This document shows, piece after piece, positions 1-11,234 of a stretch of DNA of 64,000 bases. Under the pieces are notes generated by a model that searched no databases, was not told the DNA's origin, and saw only the letters and a program-made list of their open reading frames with translations. Each line of letters opens with the position of its first letter. Position 1 is the first letter of the stretch. The translations under genes and the position numbers were made by a program. This DNA comes from Candidatus Bathyarchaeum tardum (GTDB lineage: Archaea; Thermoproteota; Bathyarchaeia; Bathyarchaeales; Bathyarchaeaceae), in contig CP122380.1 of the NCBI GenBank assembly GCA_024650005.2, forward strand, positions 1,504,001-1,568,000, read 5' to 3'.

Positions 1-83
1 AAAGTATGAAATTACTTAAAATGGAGTTCTGAGGATTATTTTAACTCACTAGTGTTAAGGGTAAAAATTGAGTTTGCTGATTA

Positions 84-524
84 ATGGTTAGTTGTTTGCT
101 TTGCGGAAAAGAGTATAATACACAACGAGGCTTGTTTTCACATTTAACTAGGGTCCATGATGTCCGGGACCAAAAACAAAGATTGTCCCTTTATGTTATT
201 GCTGATTTTTTCCCCTTAATTGACAAAAGAAGTTGGACTAAAGCTGAAACATTACTGCAAGAACTAAAAAAGGAAATAAAAAACAACGAATGGACAATGG
301 GGTACATTCTCGCCTTGGAAGGCATGATTTCTGCATTAAAAGAAGACAGCTCTCAGGAACCCTACATTTATAGTTTAAAAGACTGCAGCTACAAACAACT
401 CCAAGAAGTAAAAACAAACTTTAGTGAATTCAACAAAAAACTCGCACCCAAAATCGATTTTGATGCAGCTTATTTTCAAGCATGGAACGACTTCACATAC
501 TACAAAATGAACTCAAAAATCTGA
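84..524 (+). CDS. C2H2 zinc-finger hypothetical protein
   Basis: N-terminal CLLCGKEYNTQRGLFSHLTRVH matches C-x2-C-x12-H-x4-H. Confidence 0.7.
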   Translation: MVSCLLCGKEYNTQRGLFSHLTRVHDVRDQKQRLSLYVIADFFPLIDKRSWTKAETLLQELKKEIKNNEWTMGYILALEGMISALKEDSSQEPYIYSLKDCSYKQLQEVKTNFSEFNKKLAPKIDFDAAYFQAWNDFTYYKMNSKI

Positions 525-819
525 AACAAGAATGAAGAAGTATCATACCGAAAAACAACTTTCACAGCTTTTTCGAGACTTTTACGGACGTTTACAGCCT
601 TTTACAGCAGAATCTAAACTTAAAATAAACCCAATTAGAGCTCTATTTCCAAAAATAAGCCCAAAAATCAAATCAATAACAAAAATTTTTTTCTGAAATC
701 GTCACAACAACTACTTCATTCATGAAAAATCGGAACATAATAATAAATAGATTAGAAAAGATTAAATCATTCAAAAATGTATATAACTACAAATACTAGT
801 ATAGATTTGAGGGAATAAA

Positions 820-1602
820 ATGAAAAAAACCGTATTAATTCTCACTTTAGTGCTGGCATTAAGCCTTAGTCTTAACGGTGCACTTTATTTTTTTATAACT
901 GAAAAAGACTCAAACATTAGTTCCCTTGAACGAAAAATAGAATCCATAACAGACAAGTTTGAAGCTCTGACAAACGATTTTCAAGTCCTTAATTCAACTT
1001 TCCAAGAATACAAAACCAATCACAGCCACTCCAACATTGAATACGACGAACTAACGAGCAGCTACGAACAACTTACAGAAACATACGAAAATTATGTATC
1101 AAACCATACTTTTTCGAATTCACAATACACTACACTTCAAAACCAAGCTACAAGCCTTCAAAACCAATTAGATGAATTGAACCAAAATTATCAGGACATA
1201 ATTGAAGACTATGACAAATTGTTAGCTGATTATAGGTTGATTAATGGTCCTATTTCAGAATTTGATACAATAGATGATTTTGAAATTGAATTATACGTCA
1301 ACAAGACAATCTATTCGTATACAGACCCAATTTTTGGTAATTTGAGCGTCTATTACACCAACGGAACCGCTTTTCAGGGAAGTTTTTTCCTTGCCATATT
1401 TTATGAAGGTGGAGGAGCCTCGTCATCTGGAATGTTTGAAGTTAATGGAGATGGAGAATTCATTGTTGAACCCCCGTATTCATTTAACTTTGGACCCGGA
1501 GACTACACGATACATATTGGTCAACTTTTAAATGTTGATGGTTATTCTGTTGCAGTTTGGGATGAACTACAACATATAGCGGTTAGAGTTGAAGCAAAAT
1601 AA
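820..1602 (+). CDS. membrane-anchored coiled-coil protein with C-terminal beta-rich domain
   Basis: N-terminal hydrophobic helix, heptad-rich segment; GAGGGA upstream of ATG. Confidence 0.7.
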   Translation: MKKTVLILTLVLALSLSLNGALYFFITEKDSNISSLERKIESITDKFEALTNDFQVLNSTFQEYKTNHSHSNIEYDELTSSYEQLTETYENYVSNHTFSNSQYTTLQNQATSLQNQLDELNQNYQDIIEDYDKLLADYRLINGPISEFDTIDDFEIELYVNKTIYSYTDPIFGNLSVYYTNGTAFQGSFFLAIFYEGGGASSSGMFEVNGDGEFIVEPPYSFNFGPGDYTIHIGQLLNVDGYSVAVWDELQHIAVRVEAK

Positions 1603-1651
1603 GTTTCATAATATTCTGCTAAACTACCCAGTTCTCTCAAAAGTTAGTGTA

Positions 1652-4600
1652 TTATTCGTTTGCTCCTTCTAGTACACCTTCGATTTCTAAGTAGAGTCGT
1701 TGGAGTTCTTTTTTCATTTCTTCAGTTGCGTTCCATAGGTTTCGGTTGATGGTTTCTAAAAGGCGTTCAAGCATGTTTTGTAAAGCATAGGGATTGACTT
1801 CTTTGAGCCATTCTTGCATTTTTTTGTCTAAAACATACTTGTTGGCCAAGTCTTCGTACATCCAGTCTTCAACAACTTCAACGGTGGCATCCCAGCCCAT
1901 AACATCATCAAGAGTCTTGGATAAAGTACCAGCACCAGCATAACCATGACGGACCATACTATCAATCCATTTAGGATTCAAAAGACGGGTACGAAAAACA
2001 TGGCACGTTTCTTCAGCAGTGGTCCTAATTTTTACCCTGTCGGGGTCGGAACTGTCCCCACAAAAAGAGCGGGGCGCCGTTCCAGTTAACGTTTTAACAG
2101 AAACAATCATGCCCCCATGAGCATCATACCAGTCATCACAATCCAAAATGTCATATTCTCGGGAATCTTGATTTTTTACAGTTGCTTGAATTTCACTAAG
2201 ACGGGATTTGAAACGCTCAGGCACTGATTCACCGTAAACTTTTCTGCTGTAAGCATAACTGCCCCAACTGATGTATATATCACTGAGATCTTCTTGGTTT
2301 TCCCAATTCTTGGAACTAACCAACTCACTTACGCCACAACCATATGCTCCCGGGCGGTCCCCAAAAACACGGTAATGAGCTTCTTCCCGAGCTTGATTCT
2401 CATCAACTCCTTCCGTGACACGTTCACGAACTTCATTTTCCACGTGTTTTCTTACAAAATTTTGGTCCAAAGACTCATCAAGACCTGCAACCAAAGCCAC
2501 TGCATCATCAATAAGATGAACAATATTAGGAAAAGTGTCCCGGAACAAACCACTAATCCGAACAGTAGCATCAATTCTAGGACGTTTAAGCTCTTCAAGA
2601 GAAATAAGCTCTAAACCTTTTACCCGACCACTGGATTCTTCCCACACTGGTTTTACACCCATTAAATACAAAATTTCTGCAATGTCGTCCCCTTTTGTTT
2701 TCATGGTATCTGTTGCCCACAAAATAGTGCCAACACTTTCAGGATAACTACTCTCCTCCTTCAAATAACGTTCCAGCAAACCCTCAGCCAATGCAACACC
2801 CACACGCCAGGAAGCAGGAGAAGGAACAGCACGGGGATCAACAGAATAAAAATTTCTGCCCGTCGGCAAAACATCCGCCATGCCTCTTGTAATAGAACCA
2901 GAAGGACCTGGAGGAACAAAACCAGCTTCAAAAGCAGAAATAACATTGAACAATTCATCAGTAGTTTTTTTCAACGCAGGAACTAGAAAATTGGCTACAT
3001 ATTCCAAACACTGTTTCACTTTCGGGTCACTGCAACCAAGCACATCTAACAGAATGGCATCAATTTTAGATTCAGCAAAACCCTTTGCATTGAACTGTTT
3101 CATTAACTCCAAAGCAATACCGTTCATTTCTCTGATCACGTCACCATTTGTCCGCCCATCAGAACGAAACTTTCCCTTGTTCGCAAGCAAATCCTCATAA
3201 TCGTAGCCTTTCAACTCAGCAAGAGACTGCCGCAAAGACGGAGTAGAACCATTGCTTAACCGAGTTAAAGTAACCAAAAACTCTTCTAAACGCTCACCAA
3301 CAGGGGGCTGACCAAGAGTATGTAAACCATCCCGAAGCTGAGCATCAGCCAAATCATGCAAATAAGAATGCAAGGTTTCTAAGAAGGCATCAAAATCAGC
3401 AAAAACAACATCTGAAGTTACGTCCAGATCATGATCCAGCTTGCCTGCAACAACGGTTTCCCAAATCACTTTTTGCAAAACAGGCAACTTTTCTTCATCT
3501 ACAAGCTTCGCATGATAATATTCCTGTAGATGAACTTCAAGTTCTGCTGTTTCTTCATATGAGTCAGCGTTATGCATTACAGGAATCAAGTAATCAACAA
3601 TACAACAGTAACTTCGCCGCTTTGCCTGTGTGCCCTCCCCAGGATTCGTAATAACATAAGGATACACGTTAGGCAAATCAGAAATTGCTACATCGGGAAA
3701 ACAAGAACCAGACAAACCTACAGATTTACCAGGCAACCACTCCAAGCTTCCATGGGTTCCAACATGAATCACTACGTCTGCTTTAAACACATCCCGAATC
3801 CAACGGTAATATCCGTAATAATGATGAGACAACGAAAGATCTGGACTGTGATAGCTTGCTGAGTCATCCCCCAAAGTACCTCGTGGAGGCTGAAGGCCAA
3901 GGAAAATGTTACCGTTGATTATTCCAGGCACAATCAAATTATTTTGATAACTAAAAAGCTTGCCTAGGGGCTCGCCCCATTTTTCCGTCATTTTTTCTTT
4001 AGCATCAAAAGGCAATTCGTTAAACCATTCAAGATATTGTTTACTTGATGTTTTTCCAACTGCACGTTTTGCAAGCTCTTCGATGCTCAACCACCGTAAG
4101 TCGTTAGTCAAACCATTGATTATCCCATCAATCAATTCTTGTCCACTGTCAGGGATATTATCCAAAGTATAGCCTGCATTTTTCATATCAATTAACAAGT
4201 TCAAAACCGAAACAGGAGTATCTATTGCAAAGGCTTTGCCGATAGTGTCATTTCGCGGAGGATAATTATGAAAAATTATTGCAATTTTTCGTTCCCTATT
4301 GGGAACATGTTTTAGTTTAGCCCAATTAATGCTTAATCGCGCAACTTTGTCCACACGTTCAGGAATCGGTTCAAATTGAAGGATTCTAGTTCCAGTAAAA
4401 GAGCTGATTTTAGTTGAATCCATTGCCGCCGTAGGCACAGTGACAAGAAAACCATCAAACTCGGGCATAACTACACTAGGGGGAATGTCGATGAAACTTA
4501 ATCCCTGCATAGTGTCACGCCAGTTTTCAAAACTATTGACTGTTGTTATCGCCTTAATTAGGGGAACATTAAGCTTAGCTAAAGCCTCAGAAGCTTTACT

Positions 4601-5365
4601 ACTTGAAGAAGTCAACGAAAAACTCAAAACACTGACTATCGCGTCAATGACTGGTTTTCCGTTTTTCATGAAAAAATTCTCAATAGTATTAACCAGATTG
4701 CCCCCATGGGATACTGCAATAGCGTTTGCACCATGATGCTCAATAGATGCAATTAAACTGTCAACAAAACTGGTGTTTTCTCCACGCAGCTGAGTAATAT
4801 GAAATAAAATACCGACAGTGGGCTTCCCAGATGTAAGTTTTGTTTCAAAATATTCGTCCAAAGAAACAATCTTGTCAAAATCAGGATGATAAACACCTTC
4901 CCATTGAATTTTTTCTGGAGGGCAAACATCATAATTAGCACCAGTAAAACGATTGACCAAATACAATAGTAGATTCTCAAAATTCTTTTTTCCATTATAC
5001 TGAAGATACTTCAAAATTCGCTGCTTATCTTTTTGCTCAACATTACATACGCTGGGTTGATCCTTGTTTGGAGAAATAATTAATGTTGGAACATTTGAGC
5101 TGTTTAATGTTGCTACAAATCGTTCATAATCGGGAAATTCACCCATCAAATGGGCGATAGCTATATGAGATTTTTTGGAAAAATCAAGAAAATCGTCCAT
5201 CTTGCGGAAGTTTTCACCAGATATTCCTGTTTGGATACGAACATCCACTATGTCGCCAAATTGTTGGTTTACAGATTTTACTGCTGAAACAAGAGGTACT
5301 GTATCAGTTATTACTGTTGCAACGTAAACCAAACGGAGTTTAGTCACCAATTTACCTCCAAGCAA
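1652..5365 (-). CDS. cobN: cobaltochelatase CobN / Mg-chelatase H family subunit
   Basis: 1237 aa; HVGTHGSLEWLPGK, NPGEGTQAKRR, LPTGRNFY and RPRID motifs. Confidence 0.93.
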   Translation of the reverse strand: MLGGKLVTKLRLVYVATVITDTVPLVSAVKSVNQQFGDIVDVRIQTGISGENFRKMDDFLDFSKKSHIAIAHLMGEFPDYERFVATLNSSNVPTLIISPNKDQPSVCNVEQKDKQRILKYLQYNGKKNFENLLLYLVNRFTGANYDVCPPEKIQWEGVYHPDFDKIVSLDEYFETKLTSGKPTVGILFHITQLRGENTSFVDSLIASIEHHGANAIAVSHGGNLVNTIENFFMKNGKPVIDAIVSVLSFSLTSSSSKASEALAKLNVPLIKAITTVNSFENWRDTMQGLSFIDIPPSVVMPEFDGFLVTVPTAAMDSTKISSFTGTRILQFEPIPERVDKVARLSINWAKLKHVPNRERKIAIIFHNYPPRNDTIGKAFAIDTPVSVLNLLIDMKNAGYTLDNIPDSGQELIDGIINGLTNDLRWLSIEELAKRAVGKTSSKQYLEWFNELPFDAKEKMTEKWGEPLGKLFSYQNNLIVPGIINGNIFLGLQPPRGTLGDDSASYHSPDLSLSHHYYGYYRWIRDVFKADVVIHVGTHGSLEWLPGKSVGLSGSCFPDVAISDLPNVYPYVITNPGEGTQAKRRSYCCIVDYLIPVMHNADSYEETAELEVHLQEYYHAKLVDEEKLPVLQKVIWETVVAGKLDHDLDVTSDVVFADFDAFLETLHSYLHDLADAQLRDGLHTLGQPPVGERLEEFLVTLTRLSNGSTPSLRQSLAELKGYDYEDLLANKGKFRSDGRTNGDVIREMNGIALELMKQFNAKGFAESKIDAILLDVLGCSDPKVKQCLEYVANFLVPALKKTTDELFNVISAFEAGFVPPGPSGSITRGMADVLPTGRNFYSVDPRAVPSPASWRVGVALAEGLLERYLKEESSYPESVGTILWATDTMKTKGDDIAEILYLMGVKPVWEESSGRVKGLELISLEELKRPRIDATVRISGLFRDTFPNIVHLIDDAVALVAGLDESLDQNFVRKHVENEVRERVTEGVDENQAREEAHYRVFGDRPGAYGCGVSELVSSKNWENQEDLSDIYISWGSYAYSRKVYGESVPERFKSRLSEIQATVKNQDSREYDILDCDDWYDAHGGMIVSVKTLTGTAPRSFCGDSSDPDRVKIRTTAEETCHVFRTRLLNPKWIDSMVRHGYAGAGTLSKTLDDVMGWDATVEVVEDWMYEDLANKYVLDKKMQEWLKEVNPYALQNMLERLLETINRNLWNATEEMKKELQRLYLEIEGVLEGANE

Positions 5366-5768
5366 TGAAACAATTAAAAGTAATTATGTGTAAAATATCG
5401 CTAAAGCATCCACATACATTATTCATGTTTTTTGTAAGTATCCATTTCTTCAACAGATATCAACCCAGTTATTGCGGTTGGAATAACCCTCCAAGAATAT
5501 AACATTTTTTTCAAACAAAGTTAACCAAGGGTTGAATAGCTTGTGCTAAATTCATTTAAATTTGAATGCTGGTATCCGAAAAATTTGTCTTGGATAATCC
5601 ATCCAAATATTTATACGGCACCACATAACGATAAACAATTCATGAGCAACAAAAACGATGACAGATCGGTTGATATTTCAAACCCATTGAAAAGGAAGTA
5701 GCCTTTGATGTTCAAACGTGTAATGAGAATAAGAACATTAGTTAGTTGTAGACGTAGTTGGTTGTAAC

Positions 5769-6731
5769 ATGTTTGAAGGAAATATTTCGTTTCTTTTTGA
5801 TTCTTTGTTAGTATTTATTTTGGCATTTTTGATTGACATACTTTTTGGCGAAGCTCCAGACCGGTTTCATCCAACCCTATGGATGGGAACCATTGCAGGG
5901 CGCCTTAAACCTAAATTAAGAAACGATAACCCTAAAATTGAAAAAATTAATGGAATTTTTCTTTGTTTAGGTCTTCTTGCCTTATTTGTAACTCCCACAT
6001 ATTTCGGGGTGTTATGGATTCGTGAATCATTCGGTTGGTTAGTTTACATTGTTGCCTCTGCTTTGATATTACAGACCACTTTTGCAATTAAGTGCATGAA
6101 ACAATACACTTTGCCTGTTGCTGAGGCAGTTGAAAAACAAGATTATGAAACAGCGAAACAGTATCTACCCTTTATTGTAAGGCGCAACCCAAACGGACTG
6201 ACTAGTCGTCACATTATTTCTGCAGCAGTGGAAACAATAGCAGAAGGAACCACCGACGGGATTACGTCACCCTTTTTTTATTTTGCATTGTTTGGAGTTT
6301 CAGGTGCAGTTGCTTTTAGGGTTATTAACACATTGGATTCAATGGTAGGATACAAAGATAAAGAACACATTAACATTGGTTGGTTTTCTGCTTCAATGGA
6401 CACCATAGTTAATTATATTCCAACCAGACTAACTGCAATTTTGATGGTTTTATCAGCATTCGTGTTAAGAAATGATTGGAAAAAATCATGGAGAATTTTG
6501 AGAAGAGATAATAAGAACACAATCAGCCCAAATGCAGGGTGGACAATATCAGCAATGGCTGGTGCGTTAAACATACAACTAGAAAAACCGGGTCACTACA
6601 TTATTGGAGATGAAAACAGTCTATTACCCATGCACATAACTAAAGCCCTTCAGATAATGCTAATGACTTCAATATTGTTTGTAATTTTTGTAGTGTTTCC
6701 TTTGTTGTTTTTGAGAGTAACAGCAATCTAA
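5769..6731 (+). CDS. cbiB: adenosylcobinamide-phosphate synthase CbiB/CobD
   Basis: membrane protein with AVETIAEGTTDG, NTLDSMVGY and SPNAGW..SAMAGAL motifs; divergent from cobN. Confidence 0.92.
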   Translation: MFEGNISFLFDSLLVFILAFLIDILFGEAPDRFHPTLWMGTIAGRLKPKLRNDNPKIEKINGIFLCLGLLALFVTPTYFGVLWIRESFGWLVYIVASALILQTTFAIKCMKQYTLPVAEAVEKQDYETAKQYLPFIVRRNPNGLTSRHIISAAVETIAEGTTDGITSPFFYFALFGVSGAVAFRVINTLDSMVGYKDKEHINIGWFSASMDTIVNYIPTRLTAILMVLSAFVLRNDWKKSWRILRRDNKNTISPNAGWTISAMAGALNIQLEKPGHYIIGDENSLLPMHITKALQIMLMTSILFVIFVVFPLLFLRVTAI

Positions 6732-6961
6732 AAAACAGAGTAGATTAGGAAAATCAAAACAACAAGGTTTTAAATAACATTTTCAAATATAAACAATCTA
6801 AAAATTAATCGTTTATGAGAAAAATCTGCCGTAAGAAAAAATTTTTCCATTTTTGTTTATTTTATTCATTATCACTATGAAATTGCCAATTTTTTCGATT
6901 AAAATAACCCCTCAGCCCCCAATCCAGCCCCCAAATTCGCATACTTAATAAAGCAGTAATT

Positions 6962-8587
6962 ATGCTTTTATCACCGATGTCTAACCCAGACCTTTGGAAA
7001 AAATACTGTAGTTTCTACGATAAATCTTTTCAAGAACAAGTTGAATACAACAACGAACGTCTTGAAACCTATTTTTCTAAATGGAAAAAGACTGATATTG
7101 CTAAAAAGTTAGACGAATCTTGCCTCAAAAACTTCAAGGATATCCCCATTACAGATTACAGCAATTATCCCATGTTGCACCATTTTGCAGCAGAGCTCGA
7201 ATCTGCAACAAAAATTAACTCCAGAGCAGAGACAGAGCCATTATCAGAATACTATCATCGAATCAGCAGCAAATTGGGTGAATCCCTTAACAGGTACATG
7301 ACTGAACCATATCACTTCTGTGCAACCACCACTGGCAGCACAGGTAAAAGTAAAATCATAGCAAATGGGGAAACATTCTGGAAAAACTTTTTCCAAGCTT
7401 CTTTAGCAACAGTTTTGGTTTCTTGCAGTGACAGTTGGGGAGAAACAAAACTCAAACAAGGGGATACCGCACTTAACATTAATGCTCCAGTACCTTACAT
7501 TTCAGGCTGGGGCGCGGATGCGTTCAAACACCATTTTAATATGATTCCCCCAATCGATGTCGCAGATAACCTCCAAAACATGAAAGAAAAATTTACGTAT
7601 GTTTTAAAAGCCATTGAAAAAGGGAAAAAAATTGATGTAGCTGGCGGCATTGGTTCCATGTTTTACATGATATGCAAATACCTTGTTGACCCAGAGGAAT
7701 TATTTTCAGAATATTATCGTGGAATGAGCTTTGGCTTGAAGAAAACGTTACTTGCAGTTAAGTTGCTTCAACTCAAGATATCGGGAAAAACAAAAAAACA
7801 GATTTCCGATTTTCTGCCCCTTAAAGGAATTATTGTTGGCGGAATGGATTCACAACTGTATATTGATTTCTTCAAGAATGAATTTAATTTTGAGCCTCTT
7901 CACGCATATGGTGCTACAGAAGCAGGAAATCTAATGAGAGGCGACCCTGACAGAAAAACAGACCTTGTCCCCAATATGATACCGTGCTTTTTAGAGTTCC
8001 AAACTGACAAGGGTGAAATGAAAAATATTGAAGAAATAAAAAAAGGAGAAACTTACAATCTAGTGATAACTCCTTTTGGGTCAATAGTTTTCAGGTATAA
8101 CATGGGAGATCTTTTCCGTGTTGTAGACTTTCGGGATGATGGAATGCCCGTGTTTTCGTTTGAGGGCAGAAAAACTTCAGTAATTGATGTTCTTGGATAT
8201 TATCGCCTGACTTCCAGAGCCATCGTTGATGCGTTATTTGCTGCGGGACTTCGAACTTCAGACAAATGGGCAGTAGCTAAACTTGTGGAACCAAAAGAAA
8301 AACTCTGTTTCCTTATGGAAAAGACATGGAGTTACACTGAAAAAGAAGCTGAAAAAAGAATTTTTGAAGCACTTCAAAAAACACAAAATGATTTTAAAAA
8401 ATACGTAACAGACTTTAACATTAAAGAACCTTCAGAAGCGGTCAAAGTAGAATACATCAGACACGGTGCCTTTCTAAGGTATTCTGCCTTGAAAGGCAAA
8501 ATGGGTGCACCACTAGGACAATACAAACCACCACAGTTGATTCCACCAGATAGAATGGAAATCTATGAAACCCTTAGAAGCTCTTGA
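6962..8587 (+). CDS. GH3 family acyl-adenylate/acyl-amido synthetase
   Basis: TTGSTGKSK P-loop, YGATE, FRYNMGD, C-terminal GQYKPPQL typical of GH3. Confidence 0.8.
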   Translation: MLLSPMSNPDLWKKYCSFYDKSFQEQVEYNNERLETYFSKWKKTDIAKKLDESCLKNFKDIPITDYSNYPMLHHFAAELESATKINSRAETEPLSEYYHRISSKLGESLNRYMTEPYHFCATTTGSTGKSKIIANGETFWKNFFQASLATVLVSCSDSWGETKLKQGDTALNINAPVPYISGWGADAFKHHFNMIPPIDVADNLQNMKEKFTYVLKAIEKGKKIDVAGGIGSMFYMICKYLVDPEELFSEYYRGMSFGLKKTLLAVKLLQLKISGKTKKQISDFLPLKGIIVGGMDSQLYIDFFKNEFNFEPLHAYGATEAGNLMRGDPDRKTDLVPNMIPCFLEFQTDKGEMKNIEEIKKGETYNLVITPFGSIVFRYNMGDLFRVVDFRDDGMPVFSFEGRKTSVIDVLGYYRLTSRAIVDALFAAGLRTSDKWAVAKLVEPKEKLCFLMEKTWSYTEKEAEKRIFEALQKTQNDFKKYVTDFNIKEPSEAVKVEYIRHGAFLRYSALKGKMGAPLGQYKPPQLIPPDRMEIYETLRSS

Positions 8588-8599
8588 GGATCATAAAAA

Positions 8600-10846
8600 T
8601 TGAGTCAAATTGCATGGTTTCTACAATATATCCTTGGTGGTTTTTTTGCACTTTTCGTTTCTGCATACATTTTTATGAAAGGTTCTTCAGAGAAAAAAAC
8701 CTGGGCATTAAAAGGATTTTTTGTATTTGGTTTATTGATAGCCGTTTGGGAGTTCGCAACTTATTTTCAAAGAACCGCTCCCAGTCCCGAACTTTCAGCT
8801 ATATTCTTCTATATTATCTTGATATCCAGTAGTCTAAGCCAGCCGACATATTTGATTACTGCACTGAACATTCAACGGCAAAAACCATATTTTCTTCTAA
8901 TTTTTATTCCAGCAATTATCCGGCTTGTTACTTTTCTTTTTGTTAACATAACATTTCAAATGACTGATTATGGGTGGACTTATGAGCTTTTAGTCTCTGG
9001 AATTCCCCTTGAAATAGGAACAGCAATATACTTTGGATACTACATTGCAACAATCGTCATTCTTTTTGGTCTTGCAAGAAAAGCAAGGTCGTCGACACTT
9101 AAGAAAAAATATTGGATACTTTTAGCAGGTTACACACTTTTCCAAGTTATAGGCTTCACGGTAACAAACTATTTTCTTACCATTGATCACAATTTTGCAC
9201 CCGTAGGGGGAATATTGCAATTTTTAACATTCATTACTATTGGATTTGCGTTTTCATTAAAGGAAACTAAATTGCCCTCACAAAAATCTGCTATTATCGG
9301 TTTCCCTGAAGTTTATTCATCATTCTTGACGAATTTCTATAATATGTCAACTGACACAAACCTTGGTGAAGCATCATTTAAGTTCCTTGAGTTCCTTAAG
9401 AAATCCCTGATTGCAGATAAGGTTTCGATTGGACCAGATGGGATTTCATTTGAAGCTCCAGATGATTCAAAAATGTTGGAAGTAATTAATCACAACTTGA
9501 ACTTTTTAGAGGAAGAAAAAAACAGTGAACTCACTGACAGCTATCTACGGGTTCTAAATTCTGCTCATTTGATGTTGGGTGACAGCTTCGACAAGGTAGT
9601 CATGAAAAATATTGAGTTTTTGAAAAAATCTGATTTAGTATATGGAATTTCCAACGGGGATTACTTGAGGCGAATAGATGAAGATAGAACATTGAATAAG
9701 TTAAGTGATGTTGAAGCATGTCTAAAAATCTACAAACGTTTACTTTTGGCGGTTTCAGATAAAATTTCGTTGCATGATTTTCAGAACAAACTTGCAATTT
9801 ATCAAAGCACCAAATCGGTTAAAGTGACAAAATATGGTGAAATTTCAATTGAAGCTACAAAAGAAGAAATTATTCGACTGCCCAAAGAGCAAAGATTGTC
9901 TGCAATCATCGAAAGTTTCACTCCTTTAACAAGTTGGATTTATTCACGATTAATTTCAAATTCCTATGTAGGGGATGCTGTTCTCGAAAGTTTGAAACAT
10001 GTTTTAAGATTAAATCGTGAACCTGCAATCGAACTTAGGGTTTACCCGACGCTGTTGGAACGATTAGCTGCCAAAGTCCCTCAAGGAGAAATTGAACAGT
10101 TGTATAATGAATATTTAGAGGAACTGATTGAATTAAAGTCTGATGAACTGCAAGAAGTAAGAGACCGTCTTATAGAAGCTGAACGGTTGTCCGCAATAGG
10201 TAGAACCACAGCAATGGTTGGGCACGATCTTCGCAATCCGCTTCAGGCGATAGTTAACACAATTCATTTGGCACGGATGAAACTGGAACTAATTCCACCT
10301 CAAATTGAAAAACAAGATCTTGAACAAATTTATGATAAAATTGAGGGGCAAGTATTGTATATGGATAAAATAGTTACAGACCTGCAGGACTTTTCCAGAA
10401 AGATAAACCTAAAAAAAGTACCAATAAACGTACAGAAATTAATCGATGAAGTTCTTTCTTCAATATCAATCCCTGGAACCATCAATGTTTCGGTGGATAC
10501 TAAAAATGAGTCTCCTCTGGCTTTAGCAGATTATTCATCAATGAAAAGAGTGTTCGATAATCTTGTTCGTAATGCCATTCAAGCTATGCCTGACGGAGGC
10601 AACCTCAAAATTGGAACAAAATCTTCTGATAAAGAAATTACTGTAATAGTTGAAGATACAGGAGTAGGGATTCCTGAAGATTACATATCAAAAATTTTTG
10701 AACCTTTCTTTACTACTAAAGCTCAAGGGCAGGGATTAGGGTTATCAATATGTAAAAAGTTTGTTGAGGCAAATGGGGGTAGCATAGAAGTTGAAAGTAC
10801 AGAGGGAAAAGGCACCATATTTACAGTTAAATTAAGCCGTGTATGA
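8600..10846 (+). CDS. 7TM membrane sensor histidine kinase (HisKA_7TM-like + HisKA + HATPase)
   Basis: about 7 N-terminal TM helices; GHDLRNPL H-box, NLVRNA, DTGVG and GLGL boxes. Confidence 0.9.
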   Translation: MSQIAWFLQYILGGFFALFVSAYIFMKGSSEKKTWALKGFFVFGLLIAVWEFATYFQRTAPSPELSAIFFYIILISSSLSQPTYLITALNIQRQKPYFLLIFIPAIIRLVTFLFVNITFQMTDYGWTYELLVSGIPLEIGTAIYFGYYIATIVILFGLARKARSSTLKKKYWILLAGYTLFQVIGFTVTNYFLTIDHNFAPVGGILQFLTFITIGFAFSLKETKLPSQKSAIIGFPEVYSSFLTNFYNMSTDTNLGEASFKFLEFLKKSLIADKVSIGPDGISFEAPDDSKMLEVINHNLNFLEEEKNSELTDSYLRVLNSAHLMLGDSFDKVVMKNIEFLKKSDLVYGISNGDYLRRIDEDRTLNKLSDVEACLKIYKRLLLAVSDKISLHDFQNKLAIYQSTKSVKVTKYGEISIEATKEEIIRLPKEQRLSAIIESFTPLTSWIYSRLISNSYVGDAVLESLKHVLRLNREPAIELRVYPTLLERLAAKVPQGEIEQLYNEYLEELIELKSDELQEVRDRLIEAERLSAIGRTTAMVGHDLRNPLQAIVNTIHLARMKLELIPPQIEKQDLEQIYDKIEGQVLYMDKIVTDLQDFSRKINLKKVPINVQKLIDEVLSSISIPGTINVSVDTKNESPLALADYSSMKRVFDNLVRNAIQAMPDGGNLKIGTKSSDKEITVIVEDTGVGIPEDYISKIFEPFFTTKAQGQGLGLSICKKFVEANGGSIEVESTEGKGTIFTVKLSRV

Positions 10847-11234
10847 GGGTTTTGCATAGTTTTTCATTCAATTTTTTGCTCAAAAAAGCCTTGAAGTGCA
10901 TTTAAGCATGTTTTATCTTTTTTTTGTCTCAACATAACATACTAAGATGTACCCAACAATTAATTTCGGTATGAAGAAAATGCCAATTTTGTAAATGTTG
11001 AACTTAAATTGATTGGGAATTCACTTGAATATGTGTTCAAACTATTAGTTTCGGTAGGCATTAGATACTATTGTGCTCTCGTCGAAAAGACCTGCTCTGC
11101 ACGCGTAAATCCCAAAATTGACGGCATCTCACAGCGAGATATCCAAAATTAGACTTTTCATGGGAAGCGTGGTACAGGCACGATGAGGGCACACCGTTTC
11201 ACCATGCAAAATCAGCAAGTCAGGTTCTTAATTT

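Noticed and set aside
5366-5768. cobalamin riboswitch between cobN and cbiB
   Set aside because: no recognisable B12-box or GGGAA/GCCACTG core; the region is AT-rich
6908-6935. C-rich CAGCCCCCA duplication / G-quadruplex upstream of GH3
   Set aside because: only three G runs on the minus strand; too short to interpret
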